DNA from: Acidobacteriota bacterium
Lineage (GTDB): Bacteria > Acidobacteriota > CAIWXX01
DNA: 64,000 nucleotides
Reading direction: 5' to 3'
Assembly: GCA_040755995.1 (NCBI GenBank)
Contig: JBFMAF010000031.1
Location: 32,001 to 96,000, forward strand
Shown: piece after piece, positions 46,305 through 55,663 of the stretch
How the letters are laid out: every line of letters begins with the position of its first letter
Position numbering within the stretch: the first letter of the stretch is position 1
Notes under the pieces: model-generated
Database searches by the model: none
Seen by the model: the letters and a program-made list of their open reading frames with translations, nothing else
Told to the model about the DNA's origin: nothing
Position numbers and translations under genes: made by a program

Positions 46305-47884
46305 GGTCGCAGGAGGACCTCCGTGGGGCGGTGCCTCTCGCTCAGCTCCTCGAAAACCTCCTGGATCTCGTCGAGGCCGAGGTGGATGGTCATGGTGATG
46401 TAGTCGTGAAGGCGATTCTCGAGCCCCTCGGACTGGGGATCGGCCCTGAGAACTCTGATCGAGACTTCACCCACGGCCGTGACGGCATCGCAGACCTCTT
46501 GTTCACTGAATCCCTGTTCGAAGCGCCGCCCAGCCAGATCGCGACAATATGCCATGAACAGGGCCTTCTCGCGCGTGCGCACAGCGTTCTTGAGATGGCG
46601 GAGGATGAGGCGATGGTTCCAGTCAAGGTCCTCCGGGTTGATCCGCTGGTAGGTGCCGAAGCGGCCCTTGGCCTCGGGTCCCAGGAACGTCTGGGTGAGC
46701 ATGTCCCGTATCTGCTCCTCATGGATTTCCAGCAGCCGATGGATCCGCAGATTGGCATGCATACGATAACCCTTCATCGCGGCGCGGTTCCTGCTCCCCC
46801 ACTCGATAGGATTTGTCTTGAGATTCTCCATGAGGAACGGTATCCGGCGAAGGATCTGGAGGCGGGCCTTGGGGCTCCAGTCGAGCATCTCACGGGTGAC
46901 CTTTGCTTTCACCGTCATCTCGAGATCGATGTACTGGCCCATCCAGGGGCGCTCGAACGGGCGGCTGCCGAGAACCCGGCCCATCCAGTCCATTGCATAC
47001 AGGCCGATCCGGCAGATGAGCTTGGGCATGAACGTGGGCCTGACCCTTCTCCCAAGATAGGCCGTCGTGGCCGATTCGAAGAGATCGAGGTGCGACACCG
47101 CGCCATCGGTGCTCGCGACGAGCGTAACATCCGGCGGCAGATATTCGTGCCGTTCCAGGAGCTTGGTCATGAAAACGACGGCATCGCGCACGTGGAGGTA
47201 TGGGATCGCGGAACGTCCTTTGCCGGCGAGCACGCGCCGATTCCAGACCCTTGAAAGCCAGGTCTCGAGGAAGACATAGAGCGGCGGATACTCGCACCAG
47301 TCCGAGAACATCGCGCCGAACCTTACGATGCAGTACGGCATCTTGTCGCGGTAGGTCGCGACCATCTCCTCGCCGATCCGCTTTGTCACAGCATAGATGT
47401 GCTCGCCGTCCGGCGGGCTGAACTCGTCGAGCGCCGTGCCCGGCGCAGGGAAATAGCAGGCCGCCACCGAACTGGCGAAGATGAACCGTTTGAGGTGCAT
47501 GTCCTTGGCGAGCTCGAGCACGTTGCGGAGCCCGTCGACGTTCGTGCGGTAGTATTCGGGATGCGGGTCGCCCGTGAAGTCGTAGAACGCCGCCAGATGA
47601 ATCAGCACCTCGATCGGACCGTCTTCCAGCGTCTTCTTGAAGACGGTGGCCAGGCTCTCCGCGTCACCGATATCGACCTGAGACCAGGAGATGTTGTGAT
47701 GCACGGGCGCACCGCTCTCACGCTGCGAGCGCCGAGCCATCCCGACGATGCGGTACTTCTCCTTGAGCGCATCCAGCAGGTGCCTGCCCAGGAACCCGGA
47801 GGCGCCGGTGATCATGATTCGAGGCAGGCGGCGATCAGGCTCTCTCCTCGGAATGCTCAGGTCAGATGAGGACGGTGTCGTCAT
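46301..47884 (-). CDS. Extended SDR/NAD-dependent epimerase with C-terminal helical domain
   Basis: TGASGFLG, HLAA, ASS, YAVTK; C-terminal ~150-aa all-helical segment. Confidence 0.85.
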   Translation of the reverse strand: MTTPSSSDLSIPRREPDRRLPRIMITGASGFLGRHLLDALKEKYRIVGMARRSQRESGAPVHHNISWSQVDIGDAESLATVFKKTLEDGPIEVLIHLAAFYDFTGDPHPEYYRTNVDGLRNVLELAKDMHLKRFIFASSVAACYFPAPGTALDEFSPPDGEHIYAVTKRIGEEMVATYRDKMPYCIVRFGAMFSDWCEYPPLYVFLETWLSRVWNRRVLAGKGRSAIPYLHVRDAVVFMTKLLERHEYLPPDVTLVASTDGAVSHLDLFESATTAYLGRRVRPTFMPKLICRIGLYAMDWMGRVLGSRPFERPWMGQYIDLEMTVKAKVTREMLDWSPKARLQILRRIPFLMENLKTNPIEWGSRNRAAMKGYRMHANLRIHRLLEIHEEQIRDMLTQTFLGPEAKGRFGTYQRINPEDLDWNHRLILRHLKNAVRTREKALFMAYCRDLAGRRFEQGFSEQEVCDAVTAVGEVSIRVLRADPQSEGLENRLHDYITMTIHLGLDEIQEVFEELSERHRPTEVLLRP

Positions 47885-48013
47885 GTGTGATCCCGACCGC
47901 GGTGCGCAATCAGCAGCATGATGTCGTACATCCGTCAGTAGTCATGGCCGGCTTGTCTACAAGGCGGAAGGGTACCAGAAAACGCATCGCAAGAGAAGCG
48001 CGCGCCTCGCCGG

Positions 48014-49207
48014 CTAATCGATCCCCCGAGGGAGCGAATCCACCTTGCAGCAGCGGCGGCAGATCGGGAGCATGTTCCCCTTGAGGAGGCTTCGCCGGAA
48101 CTCCCGGAAGTCCTCGGCGTTCCAGATCTCTTCGAACGTCTTCTCGAGCAGGTTTCCCCAGCTCTTCCTCAGGACGCCGCAGAACAGGATGTTTCCAAGG
48201 TGGTCGATGCGGGCCGTGGGCTCCAGCAGCTTCGGGCAGACGAGTTGCAGCGTGCGATGCCCGGTGCCGTGGTAATAATCCTCCAGGTGATGCTCCCACG
48301 TGTACGGCGTGAAGTTTACGAAAACGCCTCTGGACTCGGCGAATAGCCGAACATCGCGGAGCCGTTTCCTGAGATCCTGCAGTGCGTATGGGAACCCGTC
48401 GCGCTCGTGCGTCGAGATCTCGAACTCGCCTTCCCTCCAGCCCAGGTGCCGGGTGAGTATGTTTCGCGTCTGCGCGATCTCTTCACGCGTGTAGACTTCT
48501 TCAAACGTCAGGTTGAGCGTGGGCAGGCCCAGGTCCCTCACGATCGAGACGGTCTCTTCCAATTGGTCAAGGTTGTCCCCGAGGATCACGGTGTTGATCG
48601 ATATGTTGAAATGCGGCCTGGTCAGCTCGATGGCGCGGCAGACCTTGTCGAACGCGCCCGGCACTCCGCGTATGCGGTCGTGGACGTCGCGCGGGCCGTC
48701 TATCGAGTAGATGATCCGCTCGGTCGACGGCCGGAAAGCCAGCAGGACCGGCAGGTTCCCTTCGTTGATCAGCGTACCGTTGGTCAGAATCGTGTAGGCG
48801 ACGCCGCGGTCCTGCAGATGCTGCAGGAGCTCGAAGATGTCCTTGCGGACAAACACTTCGCTCCCGACCAGCCCGATCGACCGCAGGTTCAGACGGTCGT
48901 AGAGCAGCTTCACCTCCGCCGTGCGAAGTTCGCGGCCGTAGCTCATGAGAGGCAGGGCATTGACCTCATCGCGGAAGTTCTGCTGGTAGCACATCTTGCA
49001 CTTGAGATTGCAGCGGATCGTGGGTTCGTGCGCGACCGAGTACTTGCCGCCGTCGAAACAATGCGGCCCGAAGAGATCCCTCGCCAACGCCGCCTGTAGC
49101 TGCTCGTGTCGCCTGCGCACCTGTCTGCCGCGGTAGGCAGCGTGCACCAGATGATTGACTCCCGGTGTCCTGGCAAGCAGCTTGCGGACTCCCTGTTTCA
49201 CCTGCAT
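48014..49207 (-). CDS. Radical SAM/SPASM(Twitch) protein
   Basis: CNLKCKMC, TNG, SIDG...HD.IRG, C...G.I..C...GNL, CRRCC. Confidence 0.9.
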   Translation of the reverse strand: MQVKQGVRKLLARTPGVNHLVHAAYRGRQVRRRHEQLQAALARDLFGPHCFDGGKYSVAHEPTIRCNLKCKMCYQQNFRDEVNALPLMSYGRELRTAEVKLLYDRLNLRSIGLVGSEVFVRKDIFELLQHLQDRGVAYTILTNGTLINEGNLPVLLAFRPSTERIIYSIDGPRDVHDRIRGVPGAFDKVCRAIELTRPHFNISINTVILGDNLDQLEETVSIVRDLGLPTLNLTFEEVYTREEIAQTRNILTRHLGWREGEFEISTHERDGFPYALQDLRKRLRDVRLFAESRGVFVNFTPYTWEHHLEDYYHGTGHRTLQLVCPKLLEPTARIDHLGNILFCGVLRKSWGNLLEKTFEEIWNAEDFREFRRSLLKGNMLPICRRCCKVDSLPRGID

Positions 49208-49404
49208 ACACGCTGATCATAGGAGGGCGATGGCCCCAAATCAACCAGGGGCAGGAGGCCGAGGCATTTCTCGCACTCCGCGTGGTGGCACGGACCTGCC
49301 TTCTCACCGCCACTCTGTCTCTTCCCCTCGCCCGTTTCCCCGATTCTCCCGATCTGCGCGTCCCAGTTTTGACATCTGCCGGATCGGATGTATATTTCAT
49401 CCGG

Positions 49405-49433
49405 TTGACAGAGAGGGAGCGGGACTTTAGAAT
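49405..49433 (+). promoter_or_regulatory. tRNA promoter
   Basis: TTGACA-17-TAGAAT. Confidence 0.8.
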
Positions 49434-49447
49434 CTTGCGCTTTCGGT

Positions 49448-49520
49448 GGGCCGTTAGCTCAGCCGGCAGAGCACCTGCCTTTTAAGCAGGGGGTCGCGGG
49501 TCCGAATCCCGCACGGCTCA
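49448..49520 (+). tRNA. tRNA-Lys(UUU)
   Basis: GGGCCGT/ACGGCTC acceptor stem; CCTGC-CT TTT AA-GCAGG anticodon arm; T-loop TCCGAAT; CCA not encoded. Confidence 0.92.
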
Positions 49521-49587
49521 ATTCCAACGGAAACGATGCAGCCGTTGGCCGACATGGTTCGGCCGGAAGAGATGGAGCGTTAGGAAT

Positions 49588-49673
49588 GCGACGCAGTGAC
49601 GCGGTGACAAGGAGACGCGGTGAGTGTTCGCGGCCGGTCTCCGCCTCCCCGCGTCTCCGCTTCTCCGCGTCGT
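49588..49673. repeat. 8-nt-period inverted repeat arms between the tRNAs (REP-like)
   Basis: GACGCAGT GACGCGGT GACAAGGA GACGCGGT ... CCCCGCGTCTCCGCTTCTCCGCGTC. Confidence 0.6.
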
Positions 49674-49744
49674 CTGCTGTCGTGACATGGCCGGCTGAGA
49701 GCCCGATCCTTTCTGGAACAGCATCGTGGACTGAGCGAGCCCGC

Positions 49745-49820
49745 GTCCCCATCGTCTAGAGGCCTAGGACACCGCCCTTTCAAGGCGGTAACGGGAGTTC
49801 GAATCTCCTTGGGGACGCCA
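49745..49820 (+). tRNA. tRNA-Glu(UUC)
   Basis: GTCCCCA/TGGGGAC acceptor stem; CCGCC-CT TTC AA-GGCGG; GTTCGAATC; encoded CCA. Confidence 0.97.
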
Positions 49821-49824
49821 ACTA

Positions 49825-50253
49825 TCAACCTCGCAGCGGCTTGACCTGGCCATTCCGATAGACCCGCGCGATGAATGGCGGTCGCCGGCCGCGAATCAGC
49901 AGGATCATGCCGGGAAGCGCCCGCTTGATCACTTCCGCCATCTGCGGGCCGGTTAGATTTGCTGACACCAGGATGAAGGCCCTGACCATTGCTCGTTCGA
50001 GAGCTCGTCTTTCCAGCTCACGGTACTGAATCCGTGTGTCCTTGGAGAGGACCACCCATCCGCTCCTCCCCGCTTCCGCCAGCCACTCCTCATCGAGCGC
50101 GCCGGCGGCAAACCTCTGCTCGTGGGTCACCACCTCGTGTCCCTGAGATCTGAGTGCCTCGGCGACGAAATGGCTTCCTAAGGAGCGATCGATGAAGAAG
50201 ACGACCCGCTCAGGCTGCCCGGAGCTCGCAACGGATCGCTTCCTCGATTTCAT
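49825..50253 (-). CDS. VapC45-like PIN toxin
   Basis: FFIDRSLG, DEEWL..AG..GWVVLSKD.RI; overlaps the antitoxin stop. Confidence 0.85.
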   Translation of the reverse strand: MKSRKRSVASSGQPERVVFFIDRSLGSHFVAEALRSQGHEVVTHEQRFAAGALDEEWLAEAGRSGWVVLSKDTRIQYRELERRALERAMVRAFILVSANLTGPQMAEVIKRALPGMILLIRGRRPPFIARVYRNGQVKPLRG

Positions 50254-50917
50254 CCCGGTCTCTGGCGTAGTCCTTGGCGAGATCCTCGATTGACTCACCG
50301 CTGTTGAATCGCTCGGCGAGTACCTCCGTCGGTATCCCGGTTCCCCGCAAGACCGGGCGCCCGAAAGAGATCCGAGGATCGATCACCACGTAAGACGGTG
50401 CACCCAGATCAACCGGCCGCACGAAGGGGTAGAGCCTTTCGGCCCTCCCAAATGCGTCCCATTCGATTCTCTTCAGATGGGCTTCGAGAACTTCCTTCAT
50501 AGCGAGTTGGCCCCTTCTCGAGACGGCGATGAGCTCGCCGTACTTCACCACGAGAAGGTCGAGCCCATCTGTGAGGAACCGATGATCAGTGAGTGGATGG
50601 GGCGAGGGGAAGGCGCTCTTCAGGTAGTCCAACGCCAACCGGATGCTCCTGAGCGGGACTCCGTGCCGGCGGCGGGTGGCCTTCAACACGTGGGCCTCGA
50701 CGACATTCATGAACGAGAGGAGCCGCTTGCTCCTGTCCGGGAGCTCTATCACAGGCGAGAAGAACGTGCGGCCCTTCTCAGTCGGATAGTAGAGACCGAA
50801 GGCCCAATTCCTGAGCGTGCCTGTCGGCAGACCGACATAGCGAGCTGCTTCACGGGCCGTGTACGTCGGGATCTCGCGCGGATCAGCGCCAGAGTAAATG
50901 TCGCTCCCCTCTCCCAT
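50210..50917 (-). CDS. DUF433/VapB45-like antitoxin
   Basis: YT..EAARY, LSFMNVVE.HV, VIDP.ISFGRP...GTGIPT; start 50917 has a GAGAGG RBS. Confidence 0.88.
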   Translation of the reverse strand: MGEGSDIYSGADPREIPTYTAREAARYVGLPTGTLRNWAFGLYYPTEKGRTFFSPVIELPDRSKRLLSFMNVVEAHVLKATRRRHGVPLRSIRLALDYLKSAFPSPHPLTDHRFLTDGLDLLVVKYGELIAVSRRGQLAMKEVLEAHLKRIEWDAFGRAERLYPFVRPVDLGAPSYVVIDPRISFGRPVLRGTGIPTEVLAERFNSGESIEDLAKDYARDRDEIEEAIRCELRAA

Positions 50918-51023
50918 TTCACCGCGCCTCTCTTTCATGATACCACACTCGCCGGCAGGCCAGGCGCATGGGCTCCGGCCACCCGCCATCTTGGACAGGA
51001 GCGTCTAAGCCGTACGGTCCTAG

Positions 51024-51287
51024 CTATTGGTGCGCCGGCTGGAATCCGATTCGCTTCTGCAATGCGTCGGGAAGCTCAGCCAAGATGCGAGTGTGCTCAA
51101 TCAGAGTTGCGAGCACCTGGTCCAGTTTGACCTCAACCACGTCCATCCGCCGCGCAAGCTCCACCCATCTCTCATCTTGTTCCGCATGTCTCTTCACCGC
51201 CCATGCCTGAAGCGCCAAGAGCTCCGACATCTGTTTCTCAGTCGTGCTCTGCCTCGGCCTCGGCCGGCCGTTCTTCCGTGGTGGCAT
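51024..51287 (-). CDS. Small coiled-coil hypothetical protein
   Basis: GAGGAGG RBS; MPPRKNGRPR...LPDALQKRIGF. Confidence 0.65.
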   Translation of the reverse strand: MPPRKNGRPRPRQSTTEKQMSELLALQAWAVKRHAEQDERWVELARRMDVVEVKLDQVLATLIEHTRILAELPDALQKRIGFQPAHQ

Positions 51288-51465
51288 CGTTGCCTCCTCA
51301 TATGCGGATAGCGCGGAATCGCCGCGCCTGCCAGAGCGCAAGAGCGAGCGGAGCGGGCGAGAATCCTTGACCCGCCCGTTCGCCTGCGTTAGCCTAGAGA
51401 CATAACGGTCGAATCAGGGTACAGGAACGTGCGGCCGGACCTAGCGCACAACGGAAGGAAGACTC

Positions 51466-51981
51466 ATGGCACTAGTCCCTTGCAGGGAATGCAAGAAAGA
51501 GATCAGCACTGACGCGCCCAACTGTCCACACTGCGGCGCGCCGTATCCAGCGAGGGCGGGCTGGCGCGGGCCGGGTTTCGAGTGGAAGTCACAGCAGACA
51601 CTCTGGGGGTATCCGCTCGTGCACGTCGCGTTCGGGCGCGACGCGGGTGGGCGGCTGCGGGTGGCCAAGGGGATCATCGCCATCGGCCAGTTCGGCGTTG
51701 GCCTGATCACGTTTGCTCAGATGGGCATCGGATTGCTCTTCGGCTTCGGCCAGGTGATGTTCGGACTCACAGCCCTGGCGCAGTTCGCCTTCGCTGCGTA
51801 TTTCGGAATCGGACAGATCGCTACCGGCTACATCGCCATCGGCCAGGTGGTTTTCGCATACTACGGCCTGGCGCAGTCTGGATTCGCCGAGTACCTGTGG
51901 AGTGTGAAGAGACGCGATCCGGAGGCCGTCGAGTTCTTCAGGCAGCTGGCAGAGAGAGTCGGGCTGGCCCTGGGCCGATGA
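51466..51981 (+). CDS. Zinc-ribbon plus Gly-rich membrane protein
   Basis: MALVPCRECKKEIS..A..CPHCG; PLVHVAFG, AKGIIAIGQF. Confidence 0.82.
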   Translation: MALVPCRECKKEISTDAPNCPHCGAPYPARAGWRGPGFEWKSQQTLWGYPLVHVAFGRDAGGRLRVAKGIIAIGQFGVGLITFAQMGIGLLFGFGQVMFGLTALAQFAFAAYFGIGQIATGYIAIGQVVFAYYGLAQSGFAEYLWSVKRRDPEAVEFFRQLAERVGLALGR

Positions 51982-52011
51982 GGCACGGGGACGCGGCCAA
52001 TTGGAGGTATC

Positions 52012-52803
52012 ATGGCACTGAAGCTGTATCAAGTTGACGCGTTTACGGATCGCGTGTTCGGCGGCAATCCGGCGGCCGTCTGCATTCTGACCGAGCCGCG
52101 TCAGGACACGTGGATGCAGAGCCTGGCGCAGGAGATGAACCTGTCGGAGACCGCATTTCTCTTGAAGGAACAAGATGACTACGGCCTTCGCTGGTTCACG
52201 CCCGCGGTGGAGGTGGACCTTTGCGGCCATGCCACGCTCGCGAGTGCGCACGTACTATGGGAGACGGGCATGCTCGCACCCGACGAGCTGGCGCGGTTTC
52301 ACACGCGCAGCGGCCTGCTCACGGCCGGCAGACGAGGCGACTGGATCGAGATGGACTTCCCGGAAGAGCCGCCTGAGGCTGCAGATGCTCCTCTGGAGTT
52401 GGTGAAAGCTCTGGAATTGCCTCCTCGTTGGATCGGGCGAAATCGCCGCGACTACTTCGTCGAGGTGGACTCGGAAGAGGTGGTACGGAAGATGAGGCCC
52501 GACTTCGCACTCCTGGCGACCATCCCGGTCCTGGGGACCATCGTGACGAGCCGCTCCGAATCGAGAGAGTATGATTTCGTTTCGCGGTTCTTCGCCCCGA
52601 GGGCCGGGATCAACGAGGACCCTGTGACGGGATCGGCGCATTGCGCGCTGTCACCTTACTGGAGTCGCCGCCTCGACCGCACAGAGCTCGTAGGCTACCA
52701 GGCATCCGCCCGCGGAGGTGTCGTCCGCGTGAGCCACCGGTCTCCTCGCGTGATACTCGGCGGCCAGGCGATCACGGTGCTGACAGGAGAACTGGCGGCA
52801 TGA
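52012..52803 (+). CDS. PhzF family epimerase/isomerase
   Basis: VDAFT...GNPAAV, EMNLSETAF, EVDLCGHATLA, EDPVTGSAHC. Confidence 0.95.
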   Translation: MALKLYQVDAFTDRVFGGNPAAVCILTEPRQDTWMQSLAQEMNLSETAFLLKEQDDYGLRWFTPAVEVDLCGHATLASAHVLWETGMLAPDELARFHTRSGLLTAGRRGDWIEMDFPEEPPEAADAPLELVKALELPPRWIGRNRRDYFVEVDSEEVVRKMRPDFALLATIPVLGTIVTSRSESREYDFVSRFFAPRAGINEDPVTGSAHCALSPYWSRRLDRTELVGYQASARGGVVRVSHRSPRVILGGQAITVLTGELAA

Positions 52804-52925
52804 GCGACCTCCTGGGGCTGATCTACCAACACTGAGCTGCTCGGCATGCCGCATGACAGATCCTCTCCGTCCGGCAGCGGCCACACTCCGTTCGGGCGGA
52901 CAATGCCGATCAGCTTGACACCCCA

Positions 52926-53714
52926 ATGGCTCTCTCACCCGTGATCCCAGTTCTCGCCGTCGCAGCGGCTGCCCTGACCATTCTGCTTTTCTTCCGGGTC
53001 ACGCGATACTCCCGGGTGTTGTTCTGGGCCGCCACATGTCTGCTGCTCGCAGTGCTCTTTCATGCCGATGCGTGGAAGAGACCGATCTCATCGGACGGTT
53101 ACTACTACTACGTCTGGCTCGTGAGTGCCTGGTTTGATCATGATCTGGATCTGACTGACAACTACGGGGCCGGTGGCAATCACTATGGATTCGGCTCCAC
53201 CAACACTGGCTACGCAGACAACATGTTTCCCGTGGGATGTGCTCTAATGTGGCTCCCCTTTTTCGTCGCTGGGCAGTGCCTCCGGTTGCTCCCGGGCCTT
53301 CGAGTCGATGCCGTTGCTGGAATGAGTCTCTTGGAGCAGCGGGCCACGATGGTCGGTACGCTGGTCTATGGGATCGCAGGCCTCATTCTGCTCTTCCGTG
53401 TTTGCAAGCGAACCTCGTCGGAACGCACGGCGTTCCTATCCTTGAGTTGCTTGCTCTGGGGCACCTTCCTCGCATATTACCTGACCTCGCGGCCGTCGAT
53501 GTCGGAGGGTTGCTCGTTCTTCACACAGTGCCTGTTCCTGTTCTTGGTGGTGCGGGCGCGTTCTGATGCCTCGTTGAAGGAATGCTTCGTGCTTGGCCTG
53601 GTCCTGGGCATATCGGCCGCCGTCCGCTATCACAACCTGGCCTCTCTCTGTCTCGTCGCCCCGGTCTTCGTCGGTGGTCGAAGAACACGTGGCTGGGGGG
53701 GGCCAGTCGACTAG
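52926..53714 (+). pseudogene. C-terminally truncated GT-C-like membrane protein
   Basis: SDGYYYY..L.S..FD.DLD, FPVG, PSMS, VR..N, then stops abruptly at 262 aa. Confidence 0.6.
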
Positions 53715-54271
53715 ATTGCCAATACCGACTCAGTGAAAGCCGGGACACAGGCACCCAGAAGCTCTGGATTGTCGCCGCTGATGGAGCCTGTGGACGGGTC
53801 GCGGTTGCATGGATTTCTCATGTCCGTGCTCCGCGATCACAATCGCCATTGCCTGGCGAACCGAGATAGCAGCTGACTTGGGGCGGGAGCCGTCTTCCCC
53901 GGCGGTTGAATTTGTGATGAGCATGTCGCCAGTTTCTGCTGCAGGCGGGCAGTGCTATGATGGCCGTACATGCATAGCGATCTGGAACACGATCCGGCTA
54001 GTTCGGCATCCACGCGGGGCGGGAACGGATCCTCTCCGGCCGAGATAGCCGGCATTGGGAAGGTCGAGCGGCAACAAGGGCGAAGCGCTCCGTGGCTACC
54101 GCAAGTGCATTGAGGCGAACCGGTACACGGACCTGGCGAAGCGGGCCCAATCTGCAATCAGGGTTCTGGCCGCACACTAGCCGCAGGAGCCGTAGCTCCT
54201 CGCCGCCCAATCGAGTGACACTGCAACGACCGGCTACGGCGAGCCGATAGCGCCTCGCCCTTACGCGTAGG

Positions 54272-54691
54272 TCATCCATTCCTACGGCCGGCATGCTCGA
54301 AGACTCCGAGAGCTGAATGGTATGGAATGCCCAATTTCAGGCGAATCAGCTCGGATAGTGAAACATGCTCCTGCTCAGCCTCCCTCTTCAGCGCCGCGTG
54401 AAGACTTCGAGGGACAACCACTGTCAGTCGCCCGGAGAGACATTGAACCTCCTTCGCGAAGCTCTTGGCATCCCGAGCCCGGAGCTTGCTGTGCTCCTTC
54501 TCGAGCCACCTGTACAGCTCGGACTCAACCAAAGCCCTCCGTTCGGCCTCCGTGGTCCATAGCTGTCGCAACAGCCCTTCTGGTCCGAAGAATCGTGCCG
54601 AGAAGCCTGTTGCTGTGGTGCCCTCTCGCACCATCTCCAAGGCTTCCGAATAGATCTTCTTTTCAGTGGTCCCCAGTTGTTTGACATTCAT
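54272..54691 (-). CDS. HicB-like antitoxin with C-terminal RHH domain
   Basis: SGRLTVVVPRSLHAALKREAEQEHVSLSELIRLKL. Confidence 0.78.
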   Translation of the reverse strand: MNVKQLGTTEKKIYSEALEMVREGTTATGFSARFFGPEGLLRQLWTTEAERRALVESELYRWLEKEHSKLRARDAKSFAKEVQCLSGRLTVVVPRSLHAALKREAEQEHVSLSELIRLKLGIPYHSALGVFEHAGRRNG

Positions 54692-54704
54692 ACGAAACCC
54701 CCAC

Positions 54705-55016
54705 TCATATGAGGCGCATGTCGACGTTGTGCTCAATCTCCAAGTAGATTGATTCCTGGGTTGTCCTGGATTTGAACCGCCACAGAATACCCTCCAGCTC
54801 CGGTATGCATTCCTCATCCAATACGATCCAATACGCCGCACTCACGTCCATCTTGCGATCCCCAGTTTGCATCTTCCAAGCTCCCGTGAAGTATCCGGCA
54901 TGTGTCCACGCTCCAAATGCGGCGAAGCACTCGCGTTCGACTTGGACGATCTCCGATGACAAGTCACGTCCGTCGTTGTCTTTCACCGGGAGGAAGAACG
55001 TCGCCTTCACTCTCAT
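54705..55016 (-). CDS. Small alpha/beta hypothetical protein (candidate toxin)
   Basis: MRVKATFFLPVKDNDG...FGAWT...GAW...QESIYLE; 13 bp upstream of the RHH gene. Confidence 0.72.
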   Translation of the reverse strand: MRVKATFFLPVKDNDGRDLSSEIVQVERECFAAFGAWTHAGYFTGAWKMQTGDRKMDVSAAYWIVLDEECIPELEGILWRFKSRTTQESIYLEIEHNVDMRLI

Positions 55017-55077
55017 ACCACTATATGTACCACTGAATACGCCATTAGTCAAGGATGCCATGCTTGTCGGCCGTGGT

Positions 55078-55218
55078 TCACTGAATCGCGAAGTCGCTCA
55101 TGGCCTCGCGACATTCCTTTTGGACGTCAGTCAAGCTCAGATCCTGGTAGATGCTCAGGGTTTCCCGGTTCTTGTGGCCACTGATGAGCTGGATCTTCGC
55201 ATCCGCGACGCCGTATCG
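55078..55218 (-). pseudogene. Tyrosine recombinase C-terminal fragment
   Basis: Hand translation GVADAKIQLISGHKNRETLSIYQDLSLTDVQ...* (box II H and catalytic Y); in-frame stop directly upstream. Confidence 0.72.
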
Positions 55219-55251
55219 TCAGTGTTCGGTCGTGAGACACTGGAGTCCGCA

Positions 55252-55398
55252 ATGGAATCCGATGACGAGAGGATACAGCTGATCAAGACGCTCGAGAGAA
55301 ACCGATGGAACAAGGCCCGCACGGCGCGCGAGCTCAAGATAACGGTTCAGGGACTCTGGAAGAGGATGAAGCGGCTTGGTGTCCGCAATCCGGATTGA
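55252..55398 (+). CDS. Fis-type HTH_8 micro-protein or remnant
   Basis: ERIQLIKTLERNRWNKARTARELKITVQGLWKRMKRLG; GGAG before the ATG. Confidence 0.6.
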   Translation: MESDDERIQLIKTLERNRWNKARTARELKITVQGLWKRMKRLGVRNPD

Positions 55399-55663
55399 GC
55401 GTTCGCTCGGCGATCATCGTGCCGAGGAGCAGCTCTACCCTGCCTTGGCGCAGATGGAGCGTGCTTTGCGCCGCCTGACCGAACATCTCCTCCGGCGCCA
55501 ACGCTCCACCTGACGAGCCCGTCAGACCAAGAATCGCCTCCCACTCGAGAAAGAGACGGAACCCGGGCCGCTGCAGCTCTTCCTCTGCGATCATCGCGCT
55601 TGACACACGCACCGTCCGCGGTGATATGAATAGGCGCAGGTGAGACTGCTAGGAAAGGTTGAC

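Noticed and set aside
48014..49207. RiPP maturase system
   Set aside because: No precursor peptide or RRE domain is visible nearby
53715..54270. TPR-like tail and attC-like sequence
   Set aside because: Too degraded to assign frame or boundaries
54772..55398. 208-aa ORF as a Fis-family regulator
   Set aside because: The first 160 codons are antisense to the small gene and the integrase fragment; only the last 48 aa are HTH
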